From Octopus sinensis (lineage: Eukaryota), in contig NW_021836495.1 of assembly GCF_006345805.1 (NCBI RefSeq), forward strand, positions 1 through 23,468: DNA of 23,468 bases. Reading direction: 5' to 3'. This document shows, one piece after another, positions 1 to 11,103 of this stretch. Both the position numbers and the translations under genes were made by a program. Under the pieces are notes generated by a model. The model searched no databases, was not told the DNA's origin, and saw nothing but the letters and a program-made list of their open reading frames with translations. Position 1 is the first letter of the stretch; every line of letters begins with the position of its first letter.

Positions 1-176
1 GATACAAAAACAAACTCGAGGTAATTCTTCGTTGGCACACCATTCAAATTGTGGGTCACAGTTTACCCATAACAGATTTATACATAAATTCATAAAAGGA
101 TAAAAGCACCTACTCCCAAATCCATAGAATCATAAAGACGGATTCCCCGGATTCTGTGACGTACATATATTTTCTC

Positions 177-247
177 CGGGATGGAACGCCTGTCCGTCGT
201 GGGATTTTCGCTCTCATTTCACTCGTTTATACCTGGACTGGAGCAAC
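177..247 (-). mobile_element. Degenerate SINE fragment similar to the internal part of 10253-10500
   Basis: ccgggatggaacgcctgtccgtcg...cactcgtttatacctggactggagca aligns by eye with the reverse complement of ~10365-10430. Confidence 0.35.
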
Positions 248-326
248 GATTGCCTTCTGGTTATGAAGATAACATTGGAACCTTGTTTTTTTTTCAGGAT
301 TAGTCCCTCTGTGTGGTAACATGGGT

Positions 327-888
327 AAGCACTATAGGTCCGGGAAGCGAAATGTTTTTTCCCACGAGAGTTCCGGACCCAAACGATTAACTCATTTGCA
401 TACAGCCAATCGGAACTCCCCTTGACCTTGTTGTCAAGTTAACAAGCACTCTCTACAAGTAAGCTCAAGACGAAGAACGGTGTTTTAAATCACCCGATCG
501 CCATTATGCCTGATTTTAGGTGACAAGTAATTAGATAGATTTACATCTATACCTTTTATCGGATTTTGTTAAGGCCCAATATGGTAAAGATGTGGATGGG
601 GAAAATGTGGGTAGAGGGTGGAGTGCTAGCAACCCTCTCCCCTTACAAGTATCTACGCAGAGGCAGCCATGGTTGAAACAAGAACAAGATCAAGAAGCAT
701 TATTAAAAGTGAAAAGTAGAATGGTCATTCCTTACCCAAGTGACCTTATCTTATCGCCCATCACTTATTATGTGCTCATAGATTAGTTTGATAGTTGAGC
801 TCTGATTGGCTGTATGCAAATGAGTTCATGAGTGGGGTCCGGAACTCACGTGGGAAAAAAATTCGCGCCCGGGAAGATCAATGCCTCA
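327..888. mobile_element. Putative MITE / non-autonomous DNA transposon with ~75-90 bp imperfect terminal inverted repeats
   Basis: ~341-418 (cgggaagcgaaatgttttttcccacgagagttccggaccc...aactcatttgcatacagccaatcggaactc) is the reverse complement of ~797-875. Outer ends and TSD are not resolved. Confidence 0.6.
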
Positions 889-949
889 CGTATGAATTTG
901 GTAGAGAGAAAGTGTATGGAAGCCTTATGGGGGGTGTATGAGTCGTTTT

Positions 950-1303
950 GGGTTCAGTCCCATTTCGAGGTATCTTAGGCAAGTATTGGGGGGGGGGTTG
1001 TGTGTGGGAGGCGAAGGTTGTGTATGGGAGGAGGGGGTTGTGTGTGGGGGGACGAGGGTTATGTGCGTGTGCGTCTTTGTGTCTGTGTTTGTGACAGCTC
1101 CCTCCACCGCTTTACAACCAGTGTTGAGTTGTTTACTTCTCCGTAACTTAGCGATTCGGTAAAACATGCCGATATAACAAGTACCAGACTTTATAAAACA
1201 AAACATAACTACTGGAGATAATTTGGTTTGACTAAATCCATTCAAGGTGGTGCCCCAGCATGACCGCAGTCCAAAGACAGAAATAATTTGAATGTAAAAG
1301 ATA
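950..1303 (+). mobile_element. Degenerate family-A tRNA-derived SINE with a G-rich internal expansion
   Basis: B-box region gggttcagtccc...ggcaagt, 3' half cgtaacttagcgattcgg...ggtgccccagcatgaccgcagtc. Matches the intact copies at 2941-3354 and 5448-5921. Confidence 0.7.
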
Positions 1304-1460
1304 ACAGACGAAAGCTAATGATTTCTTCATTGCTAGTTGTGCGAGATTGATTATACTTCGCTTATGCGGTCAGAAGGAAACTTAATAACTCAAAAGTTGT
1401 CTCCCTTACCGGCCGAAGTAAATTTTAAAAAAATTTTTTATTTTTTTATTTACCTTGTAT

Positions 1461-1515
1461 TTTTTTATTTGTTTCAGGCTTTGGACTGCGGCCTTGCTGG
1501 AGCACCGTCTTGAAG
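1461..1515 (-). mobile_element. Family-A SINE 3' tail fragment
   Basis: tttgtttcag...gactgcggccttgctggagcaccg. Confidence 0.7.
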
Positions 1516-1519
1516 AATA

Positions 1520-1834
1520 TTTTTATTTTTATTCATGCGCCCTTTTCAAGCCTAGCCAGGATCATGGGCCCGATTTCCCGGTTTCTGTGGCGTATGTGTT
1601 CCCCCCACCCCGACCCCCGCTTGACGGGACGCCAGTCCATCACAGCGTTACTCAAGAAACAGGAAGAGAGAGTGAGAGAAAGTTAGGGCGAAAGAGTACA
1701 ACAGGGGTCACCAACACCCTCTGCCGGAGCCTCGTGTAGCTTTAGGTGGTTTCGTTCAATAAACACACACAACGCCCGGTCTGGGAATCGAAACCGCGAT
1801 TCCTCTGCCCTAACCACTGGGCTATTGCGCCTAC
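1520..1834 (-). mobile_element. Family-C tRNA-derived SINE, tail type 1
   Basis: Head aggcgcaatagcccagtggttagggcag...ggtttcgattcccagaccggg (A and B boxes), then gatggactggcgtcccgtc and a gaaaccgggaa tail. Homologous to 9852-10154. Confidence 0.8.
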
Positions 1835-2062
1835 AGAAGAATATTAACGAAGAAATTTACTCTATTCTTTTTTCATTTCTTTTTTTAAGGTCGGTGCATA
1901 ATTAATCGCTCTCTTTTGCGGAGCACGAAGTTACGGAGACAACAAACAAACCAGCACCGGACGGGGAGAGAAAAAATACACACAAACGCACGCGTGCGCA
2001 CACTCGCACACACACATGCACAATGCGTGCCCACACACACACACACATAAATATGTATAACA

Positions 2063-2157
2063 TAGGCTTCCACCCAGTTTCCGTCTATCAAATTCATTCG
2101 GCTCGCGGTTATAGTACTAAACACTTGCCCAAGACGCGTGCAGTGGAACTAAACCAG

Positions 2158-2158
<1 letters not shown>
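2063..2158 (-). mobile_element. Family-A SINE 5' fragment (degenerate)
   Basis: cagtttccgtctatcaaattc...cacttgcccaag...gcagtggaactaaacc. Confidence 0.65.
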
Positions 2159-2233
<75 letters not shown>

Positions 2234-2252
2234 CTCTATCTCTCTCTCTCTC
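2158..2252. repeat. (TATC)n/(TC)n microsatellite
   Basis: Direct inspection. Confidence 0.95.
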
Positions 2253-2579
2253 TTTAATCGAGCAACTCGACCCCGGGACTTATTCTTATCCGTCTCTTTT
2301 TGCCGAACCGCTAAGTGACGGGACATAAACACACCAGCATCGGTTGTCAAGCAATGCTAGGGGGACAAATACAGACACACAAACACACACACAAACATAT
2401 ATATATACATATATACGACGGGCTTCTTTCAGTTTCCGTCTACCAAATCCACTCACAAGGCTTTGGTCGGCCCGGGGCTATAGTAGAAGGCACTTACCCA
2501 AGGTGCCACGCAGTGGGACTGAACCCAGAACCATGTGGTTGGTAAACAAGCTACTTACCACACAGCCACTCCTGCGCCT
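2253..2579 (-). mobile_element. Family-A tRNA-derived SINE, tail truncated
   Basis: Head aggcgcaggagtggctgtgtgg (A box)...gggttcagtccc (B box), internal (TA)/(GT) microsatellite, 3' half. Confidence 0.9.
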
Positions 2580-2582
2580 ATG

Positions 2583-2615
<33 letters not shown>

Positions 2616-2665
2616 TATATATATAAATTATCTATATAGATATATAAATATGTAGGTATATAAAT

Positions 2666-2724
<59 letters not shown>

Positions 2725-2733
2725 GTGTGTGTA

Positions 2734-2779
2734 TTCTTTTATTTGTTTCAGTCATTTTGACTGCGGCCATGCTGGAGCA
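2734..2779 (-). mobile_element. Family-A SINE 3' tail fragment
   Basis: ttttatttgtttcagtcattttgactgcggccatgctggagca. Confidence 0.75.
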
Positions 2780-2793
2780 TATTACATATCTAG

Positions 2794-2846
2794 AACTCTT
2801 TTCAACATAAACATAACGATAACTCTTCTCAACATAAACATAACGA
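2794..2846. repeat. 27-bp direct tandem duplication
   Basis: aactctt(t/c)tcaacataaacataacga twice. Confidence 0.85.
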
Positions 2847-2940
2847 CGTAAGAAATTTGAAAAGCTAAACGCGAAACCGGTCTTTCTTCTAAATTATGTC
2901 ATTGTAAGAAAAAAATTTATAATATTCTTCAGACATATTG

Positions 2941-3147
2941 ACTCTCTTACTCTTTTTACTCTTTTACTTGTTTCAGTCATGTTGGAGCACCGCCTTTTAG
3001 TCGAGCAAATCGACCCCCAGGACTTATTCCTTGTAAGCCTAGTACTTATCCTATCGGTCTCTTTTGCCGAACCGCTAAGTAACGGGGACGTAAACACACC
3101 AGCATCGGTTGTCAAGCGATGTTGGGGAGACAAACACAGACACACAA

Positions 3148-3184
<37 letters not shown>

Positions 3185-3354
3185 AATATACGACGGGCTT
3201 CTTTCAGTTTCCGTCTACCAAATCCACTCACAAGGCTTTGGTCGGCCCGAGGCTATAGTAGAAGACACTTGCCCAAGGTGCCACGCAGTGGGACTGAACC
3301 CGGAACTGTGTGGTTGGTAAGCAAGTTACTTACCACACAGCCACTCCTGCGCCT
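2941..3354 (-). mobile_element. Family-A tRNA-derived SINE, near full length
   Basis: Complete head, internal (TA)(GT) repeat, 3' half and (taaaagag)n-like tail. Short deletion between 'cat' direct repeats in the tail. Confidence 0.92.
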
Positions 3355-3478
3355 ATATATATTCAAATATATATTTTTTAACCTTTTAAAACAAGCCTTC
3401 TGTAGTTTTTTCACTTTTTACTATTTTCTATATTCAACCACGTGCTTTCACAAACCAACTTTCTTATCTATCTATCTG

Positions 3479-3511
<33 letters not shown>

Positions 3512-3516
3512 ATATA

Positions 3517-3579
<63 letters not shown>

Positions 3580-3636
3580 CATACACATATATTTACATAC
3601 ATATTCTGTGTTATTTACTGATTTGTATACTTCATG

Positions 3637-3855
3637 CTTTACTCGTTTCAGTTATTGGATAGTGGCCATGCTGGGGTACCGTTTAGAAATGTTTAGTGGA
3701 ACAATCAAACTCTAGTACTTATTTTTTAAGCATGGAATTCACAATATTGGTTACTTATGCTAAATACCTACGTTACGAGGACGTAAACAAACTAACACCG
3801 GTTATCAAATACGATGGTCGACTCAGAGATTTGGTAGCAGATACTTGCCCAAGGT
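3637..3855 (-). mobile_element. Degenerate family-A SINE
   Basis: tttcagtt...ggccatgctgggg...ctagtactta...gacgtaaac...acttgcccaaggt. Confidence 0.65.
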
Positions 3856-3954
3856 ATATAATTTTTGACTATAACCCTGATTCCAACAATGCCTTGTCAG
3901 TTAATTTAATAGAAAGAAATTGTGTGGAAGCCCAAAGTTTGTATGTGTGGTGTT

Positions 3955-4168
3955 TTTCCGTTTGCTCCCACGCCAATTGAAAACCAGTGCTGGTTCATTT
4001 ACGTCTCTGTAACAGAGCGGTTCAGCAAAAGAAATAAGTTCGAAACAGAATATGTAGCAAGCTTTGAATAATATGCAATGGGACGATTTCTTCGACTAAA
4101 TCCTTCAAGACGATGTCCCAGCACGGCCACAGTCCGATGACTAAAACAAATAAAAAGATAAAAGATAA
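3955..4168 (+). mobile_element. Degenerate family-A SINE 3' half
   Basis: tttacgtctctgtaacagagcggttcagcaaaaga...cccagcacggccacagtc...gactaaaacaaataaaaagataaaaga. Confidence 0.65.
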
Positions 4169-5229
4169 CTCAACTCAAATATTAAAACAGTCAATATTTC
4201 CTATGAAAACCTCCATTGCGTATGACTCAGTTCTTTAAGCATTAAACAATTTTTTAAAAAAGGAGAAAATAGGAAAAGGGAAATGGAAGTGTATGTTCAA
4301 AAACTTTGCATCCATGTACCTACCGGTCATACTTGAAGCGATGCAATGTTTCATTCAGGTTCTCCCCCTTATTTAATATGAATTTGTAGGCGTGTTTACA
4401 CATAGCGAATACATCCGATTTAACATTTAAATATAACTTTTGTTGTAGCGAGTAACAGTAATTTTTCCGCAGTGCAGAAGCTTCATCCTTCGCTACCATT
4501 TATAAAAGGCTCACAACTCTCGTTGATCATCTAGTTGGTATTAGTGCGTAGCATTTACTTTTTTTTATTCACACAGACATAAAGGCATAACACGGAATAG
4601 CCACTAAATAGTTAACCAGTGTTAGCCATTAAATATTTTGCTTCGGTAACAAGAATACTGCATTGCCTCTATTCATGTGCATTTATAAACACAACTAGCT
4701 TTAAATGAATAAATGAATAAATAACTCAATTCGAAATTAATCGTTCAAATTAGTTGATAGCTTTTCCAAGGTTCATTCTTCATGTTCTATTTAAAACTAA
4801 CAGCTCTTAGTTCTATTTATAAGTATCAGCTCGCAGTGCACGCTGTCCGGTTTCTGCGGCTGAGGAGGAGATAACCACTTCGAAATGCTTACATCTCGCA
4901 GTTTGAGTAGGGGGCGCTGTGGGTTGATTTTGATTTATTTACACCATTTATTTACAGAGAGACATTTTCTCCATGAAAAACACTGTGAATGGTTTTCACA
5001 CGAGATCGAATATGCCCCAAGCATATTTGAACTGCTTATAAACTTATGTTTATACACATCACTGCGTAGCACAGCCACTCCGCAGGCTAGGAATAAGCTA
5101 CCACAGGTGGAATTCGAAATCACTCTGTGTCTGTGTGTGTGTGTAAGTCTACATACGCATATTAAGACATACAGCCTGGATAAAAGGATAAAAGTGTGTT
5201 GTATATGTGTGTTGTGTGTCATGATTACT

Positions 5230-5447
5230 CCGTCTTCACACATGATTACCGTCTCCTTCTTCGATGTCAATGGCATTTTCGACTTTCCATCCACGATCTT
5301 TCACACGAATATTCAGCCCCACCGCAGATCTACATAGTTTGAAGCAAAAGTGACAGACAAAAGTTGTAACTTCTACCGGATTTTGCGTCTCATGGTGGGA
5401 TACATTCACTGCGTACTGCCATATGTCTTTTTAGAACCGGAATCGGC
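5230..5447 (-). pseudogene. Possible decayed 3' end of a non-LTR retrotransposon ORF (C-terminal zinc-finger-like motif)
   Basis: Minus frame reads KDIWQYAVN...TTFVCHFCFKLCRSAVGLNIRVK, resembling the terminal FxCxxCx(R/K)xCxSxxGLxxH motif of RTE-type LINE ORFs. The histidines are lost. By-eye match only. Confidence 0.4.
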
Positions 5448-5667
5448 TTACTCTTTTACTCTTTTATTTGTTTCAGTCATTTGCGTGTGGCCATGTTAGA
5501 GCACCGCCTTTAGTCGAGGAAATCGACCCGCAGGACTTATTCTATCGGTCTCTTTTGCCGAACTGCTAAGTTACAGGGACGTAAACACACCAGCATCGGT
5601 TGTCAAGCGATGTTGGTGGGACAAACACAGACACACACACACACGCATATACATATATATATATATT

Positions 5668-5744
<77 letters not shown>

Positions 5745-5921
5745 TATGTATATGCGTGTGTGTGTGTGTGTGACGGGCTTCTTTCAGTTTCCGTCTACCA
5801 AATCCACTCACAAGGCTTTGGTTGGCCCAAGGCTATAGTAGCAGACACTTGCCTTTGGGACTGAACCCGGAACCGTGTGGTTGGTAAGCAAGCTACTGAC
5901 CACACAGTCACTCCTGCACCT
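5448..5921 (-). mobile_element. Family-A tRNA-derived SINE with expanded internal microsatellite
   Basis: Full head, body and tail. Internal (TA)/(GT)/(CA) of ~140 bp. Confidence 0.92.
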
Positions 5922-6012
5922 ACTTTCCACGTATTTCACATGTTGAATCACCTGATCTAGAAAGAGAAACGTTGCATACAATTGGTCTAACATGGTACTT
6001 CAAATAGTTGAT

Positions 6013-6248
6013 ATACCTATTTCTTTACTACCCACAAGGGGCTAAACACAGAGGAGACAAACAAGGACAGACAAACGGATTAAGTCGATTATATCGACCC
6101 CAGTGCGTAAATGGTACTTATTTAATCGACCCCGAAAGGATGAAAGGCAAAGTCGACCTCGGCGGAACTTGAACTCAGAACGCAGCGGCAGACGAAATGC
6201 GGCTACGCATTTCGCCTGGCGTGCTAACGACTCTGCCAGCTCATACCG
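6013..6248 (-). mobile_element. Family-B tRNA-derived SINE, tail type 1
   Basis: gagctggcagagtcgttagcacg...ctgagttcaagttccgccgaggtcgactttgcctttcatcctttcggggtcgattaaataagtacc. The core resembles the Meta/MESC conserved SINE domain (from memory). Homologous to 11104-11338. Confidence 0.9.
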
Positions 6249-6499
6249 AAGCTTAGAAAGGATTACAAAGTGACATGTTTCACACATCAAGCGTGTTATG
6301 TCCTCATCGAGTTTCTATTGACAGGCCATCCAAAGTCAACACTTTAGCCCTGTGTGCCCAAGACGACTATTTTCCATAGTTTCGCCACCTGCCCTTGTAT
6401 GATTCCTCCTTTCAGCTTCTTCCAAAGATAGCTCTTCCGAGTTCTTTACATCGATTCGCATTTCTTTCAAAAATACAAAGAAACACGTGCGGAGATTAT

Positions 6500-6889
6500 A
6501 CGAGTGCGCCGCGCGAGCGTGTGTATTCATGCATACATACGTGTAAATACATACATTACAGATACACACACACAGATGTATACACACACACATATATATA
6601 TATATACAAATATATATATGTATGTATGTATATATGTATATATATATATTATATATATAGATATATATATATATATAATATATATATATAAAAGCATTTG
6701 CACTCATACTTCTGCTTTTAGTGTTTACTTGATTTACTCATTTTGGACTTCCGCCAAACTATAGGTGTGTGTGTGTCTGTGTGTGTGTGTGTATGTGTGA
6801 GTGTGTACATTTATGTATGTGTATACATAGAGATTGGGTGGGGAAAGAGCGACAGACACAGGCAAACAGATAGATAGATAGATGGATAG

Positions 6890-6986
<97 letters not shown>

Positions 6987-7007
6987 CACACAGATAGATA
7001 GATAGAC

Positions 7008-7062
<55 letters not shown>

Positions 7063-7067
7063 CAGAT

Positions 7068-7106
<39 letters not shown>

Positions 7107-7110
7107 AAAT
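6500..7110. repeat. Compound microsatellite block: (TA)/(CA)/(GT), then (GATA)n to (GACA)n
   Basis: Direct inspection. Source of the SIYL and YIYI ORFs. Confidence 0.95.
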
Positions 7111-7741
7111 GTCTATACATGCAGACATACAAAAAAACCCCCTTCCATTCATACATCTATCCATCCATCCAACCACACATATACAGTTTTCGAACACAAG
7201 GTAAAAAGGAGACGGCAGCAGAGACGGAACCAAGGGCGACTAAGTTTCCTAACACTCATCTCATCACTCTAGCAGTTTGTGGCCCACTTCCAATCCATCC
7301 ATAACAGCGCATAAACAGTGTATATATCACGGTGAGAAAAACACTTGTATGCTCATCAATTATGCACTTTCTCCTGGAAAGAAATCGATAATTGTTCAAA
7401 CGACATGAAATAAATTCAATATACTATGCCGTCGTGAACCTGCATTGCAGTGGTCTGTAGTATTTATAAACAGCAACGATATGGACGAGCTGTAAATAAG
7501 CTGGAAGATATGTGTCTTAGGCTTGGAGTCCGCTGCACGACAACAACTCTCGGTTTCGTCATCTCCTGCTCTGCCTATCTGTCTGCCTGTCTGTCTGTCT
7601 GTCTGTCTCTTCCTCTCTCTTGGGCTCGCTCGTTCCTTCGCTCTCTCTCTCTATCTATCTATCTATCTCTCTCTTCGTGATTGCCTGTCTGTCTTTCAGG
7701 CTGTCTGTGTCTCTGCATGTCTCTCTCTCTGTCTTTCTGTT

Positions 7742-7869
7742 TCTGGTTATCCATCTGTCTGGTTATCCATCTGTCTGGTTATCCATCTGTCTGGTTATCC
7801 ATCTGTCTGTTTATCCATCTGTCTGGTTATCCATCTGTCTGGTTATCCATCTGTCTGGTTATCCATCTG
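7742..7869. repeat. 16-bp minisatellite, 8 copies
   Basis: TCTGGTTATCCATCTG x8 with one substitution. Confidence 0.95.
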
Positions 7870-7954
7870 TCTATCTGTCCGTCTGTCAGAAACATGTGCA
7901 TGTATATATGAATCTATGTATGTATTTAAGCATGTGTCAGTATGTATACAAACG

Positions 7955-8028
<74 letters not shown>

Positions 8029-8321
8029 ATATATATATATATATATATTTTCGTCGCTTTGTGACCGCGACCTGTTCACTGACAAAGCTTTGCGACGAAA
8101 ATATTTTGACAAATAAAATTTAAATGTTGAAGTGAATCTAACAGTTTTGTGTGTTTCTTAAATGGCTTATAAACACCTTCCACGCTGCAATTATATATAT
8201 AATATTAGGGAGTATATCCAAACTTTAATTAATTAATTAAAAAATTAAAAGTTTAAAAATTTATGTATTTAAAATTATAAAAATATAAAAAATATAAATA
8301 TAAATTTAAGATTTTTAAATT

Positions 8322-8427
8322 TAAATAATTTAAATTTTAAATTTTATATTTTATTTATTTTGTATATTATATTAATTATATTTATTTTTATTTTTTGGTT
8401 TATGTCTTTCACTGTTTGAATTGCCTA
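8322..8427 (+). repeat. AT-rich dispersed repeat, copy 1 (copy 2 at 18603-18707)
   Basis: Shared aaataatttaaattttaaatttt...ttttgtatattatattaattat...ttttggtttatgt(c/t)tttcactgtttga(a/t)ttgccta. Confidence 0.75.
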
Positions 8428-8729
8428 TGCGTATGTATGTGTGTGTGTATGTGCGTGCGTAGATAGTTATATATAGATAGCTAAATAAATAGACTGATAT
8501 GTAGATTCACATATATACTCATATATATATATATATTATATATATATATATACATACGTATAAATTTATATAAATAAGGATAAGATCGTTATTTAAATAT
8601 CGAACTTATCACGTGGCAACCATGGGAATAAAAACCTTCAAAGGTAATAATTATTACTAAAATTATAATTTAGGGTATCAAGCGTGTTGGTATCTCTCAG
8701 ATACCCTAAATTATAATTTCATATATACA

Positions 8730-8803
<74 letters not shown>

Positions 8804-9078
8804 TATATATATTATTATGTTTGGAATCAATTTATGATTCACTCCATTGCTTCAACAGAGTTTCACGATTATGAAACACGCCCAACGCCGTCGACAATGA
8901 TAACTAATTGCAGTTCTGTTCTGTGTTTGCAATGTTCCAGCTCGGCTGATTCTCATTTACACGAGGCAGGCCTGAACATAACACTGTAGTCCAGAAATAA
9001 CATGCTTTTATTTATTTTTTTTTTTTTCCTTTCCAATTCTAAAAGTTAATGAAAATTTCCATCTAACCGATATAAATA

Positions 9079-9461
9079 TCTCTCTATATATAAACGGCAG
9101 TTTGTCTGTGCGTGTTTCTGTGTGTCTGTTTGCTTGTACCCTCACCCTGACCACGGCTTTCAACCGATTCTGATGAAACTTGACACACACGTAGCCCAAT
9201 GTCATAATTCAAAACTAACGCAGCGAAAATTTTGAAAAGTTCCCCCAGTTCTGAAAAAATCGATAAATTCGACATGGGGTCGAGAATCAGAAACACGAAC
9301 CACAAACTGTCTAGGGGACGCAACTCCACCTTTTTTAAATCTCAAAAAAAATTTACCATCATTTTTTTCCATTTTTTTGCTATTTTTTGGCTATCACTCT
9401 CTAAAAATGCTTTATAGTTATTTCCCTTACAAACCTGAGCAACGCCGGGCGATACTGCTAG
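9079..9461 (+). mobile_element. Non-autonomous Helitron, 383 bp, both ends intact
   Basis: 5' A|TCtctctatatataaa, 3' GC-rich hairpin cc(t)gagcaacgccggg followed ~10 nt later by CTAG|T. Inserted between A and T with no TSD. Confidence 0.85.
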
Positions 9462-9637
9462 TAATTAATAAGCGTGGATTTCAACGGACATATTCTTGGT
9501 AGCAATTTCAATTTATATATATACTGCTGTTGGTGAAGACAAACATTAATCTTTCGATGTAATGGCTTTAAGCATGAAACTGCGACGAAATTCCTAAAAC
9601 ATATATTTTCAATATTCGGTTGCTTGCAGACAGCAAT

Positions 9638-9835
9638 CTGTCAGAATTATTGGCGTGCTTCCTCTGGCTCTTTGCGTTAATTATGTGTTCAGATTTTTCG
9701 GGGATCAACGTTGCCTTTCATCCTGTCGGGATCGATAAAATAAGTTTTAGTCAAGCACAAGGGCCGATGCAATCTATTAATCCTACCCTCTGAAAAATTG
9801 CTGGCCTTGTGTCAAAAATAGAAAGAATTATTATT
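9638..9835 (+). mobile_element. Degenerate family-B SINE, tail type 2
   Basis: gttgcctttcatcctgtcgggatcgataaaataag...gaaaaattgctggccttgtgtcaaaaatagaaa. Confidence 0.7.
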
Positions 9836-9851
9836 CTGAAAATATTTATTT

Positions 9852-10154
9852 GTGGAGGCACATGGCCTGGTGGTTAGAGCAGCAGATTCGCAGTCGAGGG
9901 ATCACAGGTTCGAATTTCAGACCGGGTGATGTGTGTGTTTATGAGCGAAACACCTAAGCTCCACATGGCAACCTCTGTTGACTCTTTCGCCACAACTTTC
10001 TCACTTTTTCCTCCTACATCTTGCAGCTCACCTGCGACGGAACGGCGTCCCGTCCAGGTGGGGGAACTTATACGCCAATGAAACCGGGAAACCGCCCCTT
10101 ATGAGCTAGGCATGGCTCGAGAAGGAACAAACATACAACAGCAAAAACAACAAA
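9852..10154 (+). mobile_element. Family-C tRNA-derived SINE, tail type 1
   Basis: ggaggcacatggcctggtggttagagcag...ggttcgaatttcagaccggg...ggcgtcccgtccaggtggg...gaaaccgggaaacc, then an (AAC)-like tail. Confidence 0.85.
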
Positions 10155-10252
10155 GTATCTATTTATATCGCGAAGTTTTATATCTGTATATGACAATACA
10201 TCAAATGCAAACATCCCTTATAGACAACTGGCAATGGACACTGTGAAATATT

Positions 10253-10500
10253 CAATGGGTTAGTGGTTAAGGGGTGTTACTCACTATCGCAAGAGTGTGG
10301 TTTCGATTCCCAGACCGGCTGTTGTTTTGTGCAGTTTTCGCAAGCACAAAGCTTCAGTTCACTTTACTCAATTCCACCCAGCTGTAAACGAGTAACTCTT
10401 CGACAGACTGGACTTCCGTTTCGCGGTACGTTGTGATCTCGGTCGCTTATACGCCAAGGACATCAGGTAGCCGGCCCACTGGCTTCCAGGGCCCGAGACA
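10253..10500 (+). mobile_element. Degenerate tRNA-derived SINE with a C-type head and a different body
   Basis: caatgggttagtggttaaggg...ggtttcgattcccagaccgg, then tccacccagctgtaaacgagt (CORE-like, from memory). Confidence 0.55.
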
Positions 10501-11103
10501 ATAATATCCAAGAGTTGATGATGGTGATGTAATGTTGAATCCTGCAGTTTATTTATTGAGTGGAAAAGAAAATTAGATTCAAAACAGTGGCGTTTAGTCA
10601 GATCTTACCGCATTTTACTTAAACCAGGGCAAAAACATATTCCAGCATCATTTGATTTGGGACACGACTCAAGAATCGAATCGGTTTTGTCTGGTTACCA
10701 TTTTTCAATTTCTTCAATTTTGTTCCAATTAATTTCAAATTTGTTGTAGTTTTGTATGCTGATTATTGAAATGAAATTTATTTTCGCCATAAATCAATAA
10801 CTAAATAGTTAATAGCTTTTAAAAAATTTCAAATTTTGGGTAATTTTAGCCAATCGAAAGCCACAGACATATAGGTGCCTATTTCCATAGTAACGAGCCA
10901 AGCGTTGGAAAAACGTTTGTGAAAAACCACATGTTTACAAACTGATATTTTACACTGTTTCCCTACTTATAACCATTTTTTTTTGTTCTTAAAACTACAA
11001 AATATGTGTTGTTTACTCGTTTTTTGTTCATTTTTCGCTTATGAAATGCTTAAAAAACGTGCTATCGTTGCAATGTTGACAGTACTGTTTTGTCGTCTGA
11101 AGA

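Noticed and set aside
2520-2579. tRNA gene calls at the SINE heads
   Set aside because: A and B boxes are present, but there is no complete acceptor stem or cloverleaf, and each continues into SINE body sequence.
2315-3715. Recurrent ORF text RRASFSFRLPNPLTRLWSARG...
   Set aside because: This is the reverse complement of the family-A SINE, not a gene family.
6340-6480. Possible minus-strand exon (EMRIDVKNSEELSLEEAERR...)
   Set aside because: A plausible acceptor exists, but there is no convincing donor and no recognisable protein similarity.
8072-8115. Second hammerhead (CTGACAA...GAAA)
   Set aside because: The core G is missing, stem II has no closing pair, stem I is ~3 bp and the triplet would be UUU.
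6336-8123. Long ORFs such as [14 protein letters not shown] and VCLSVCLS
   Set aside because: Translations of microsatellites that lack stop codons.
10590-11060. Possible DNA transposon remnant
   Set aside because: The composition is suggestive (ccaatc, ccatagtaac), but I could not identify termini or a second copy.
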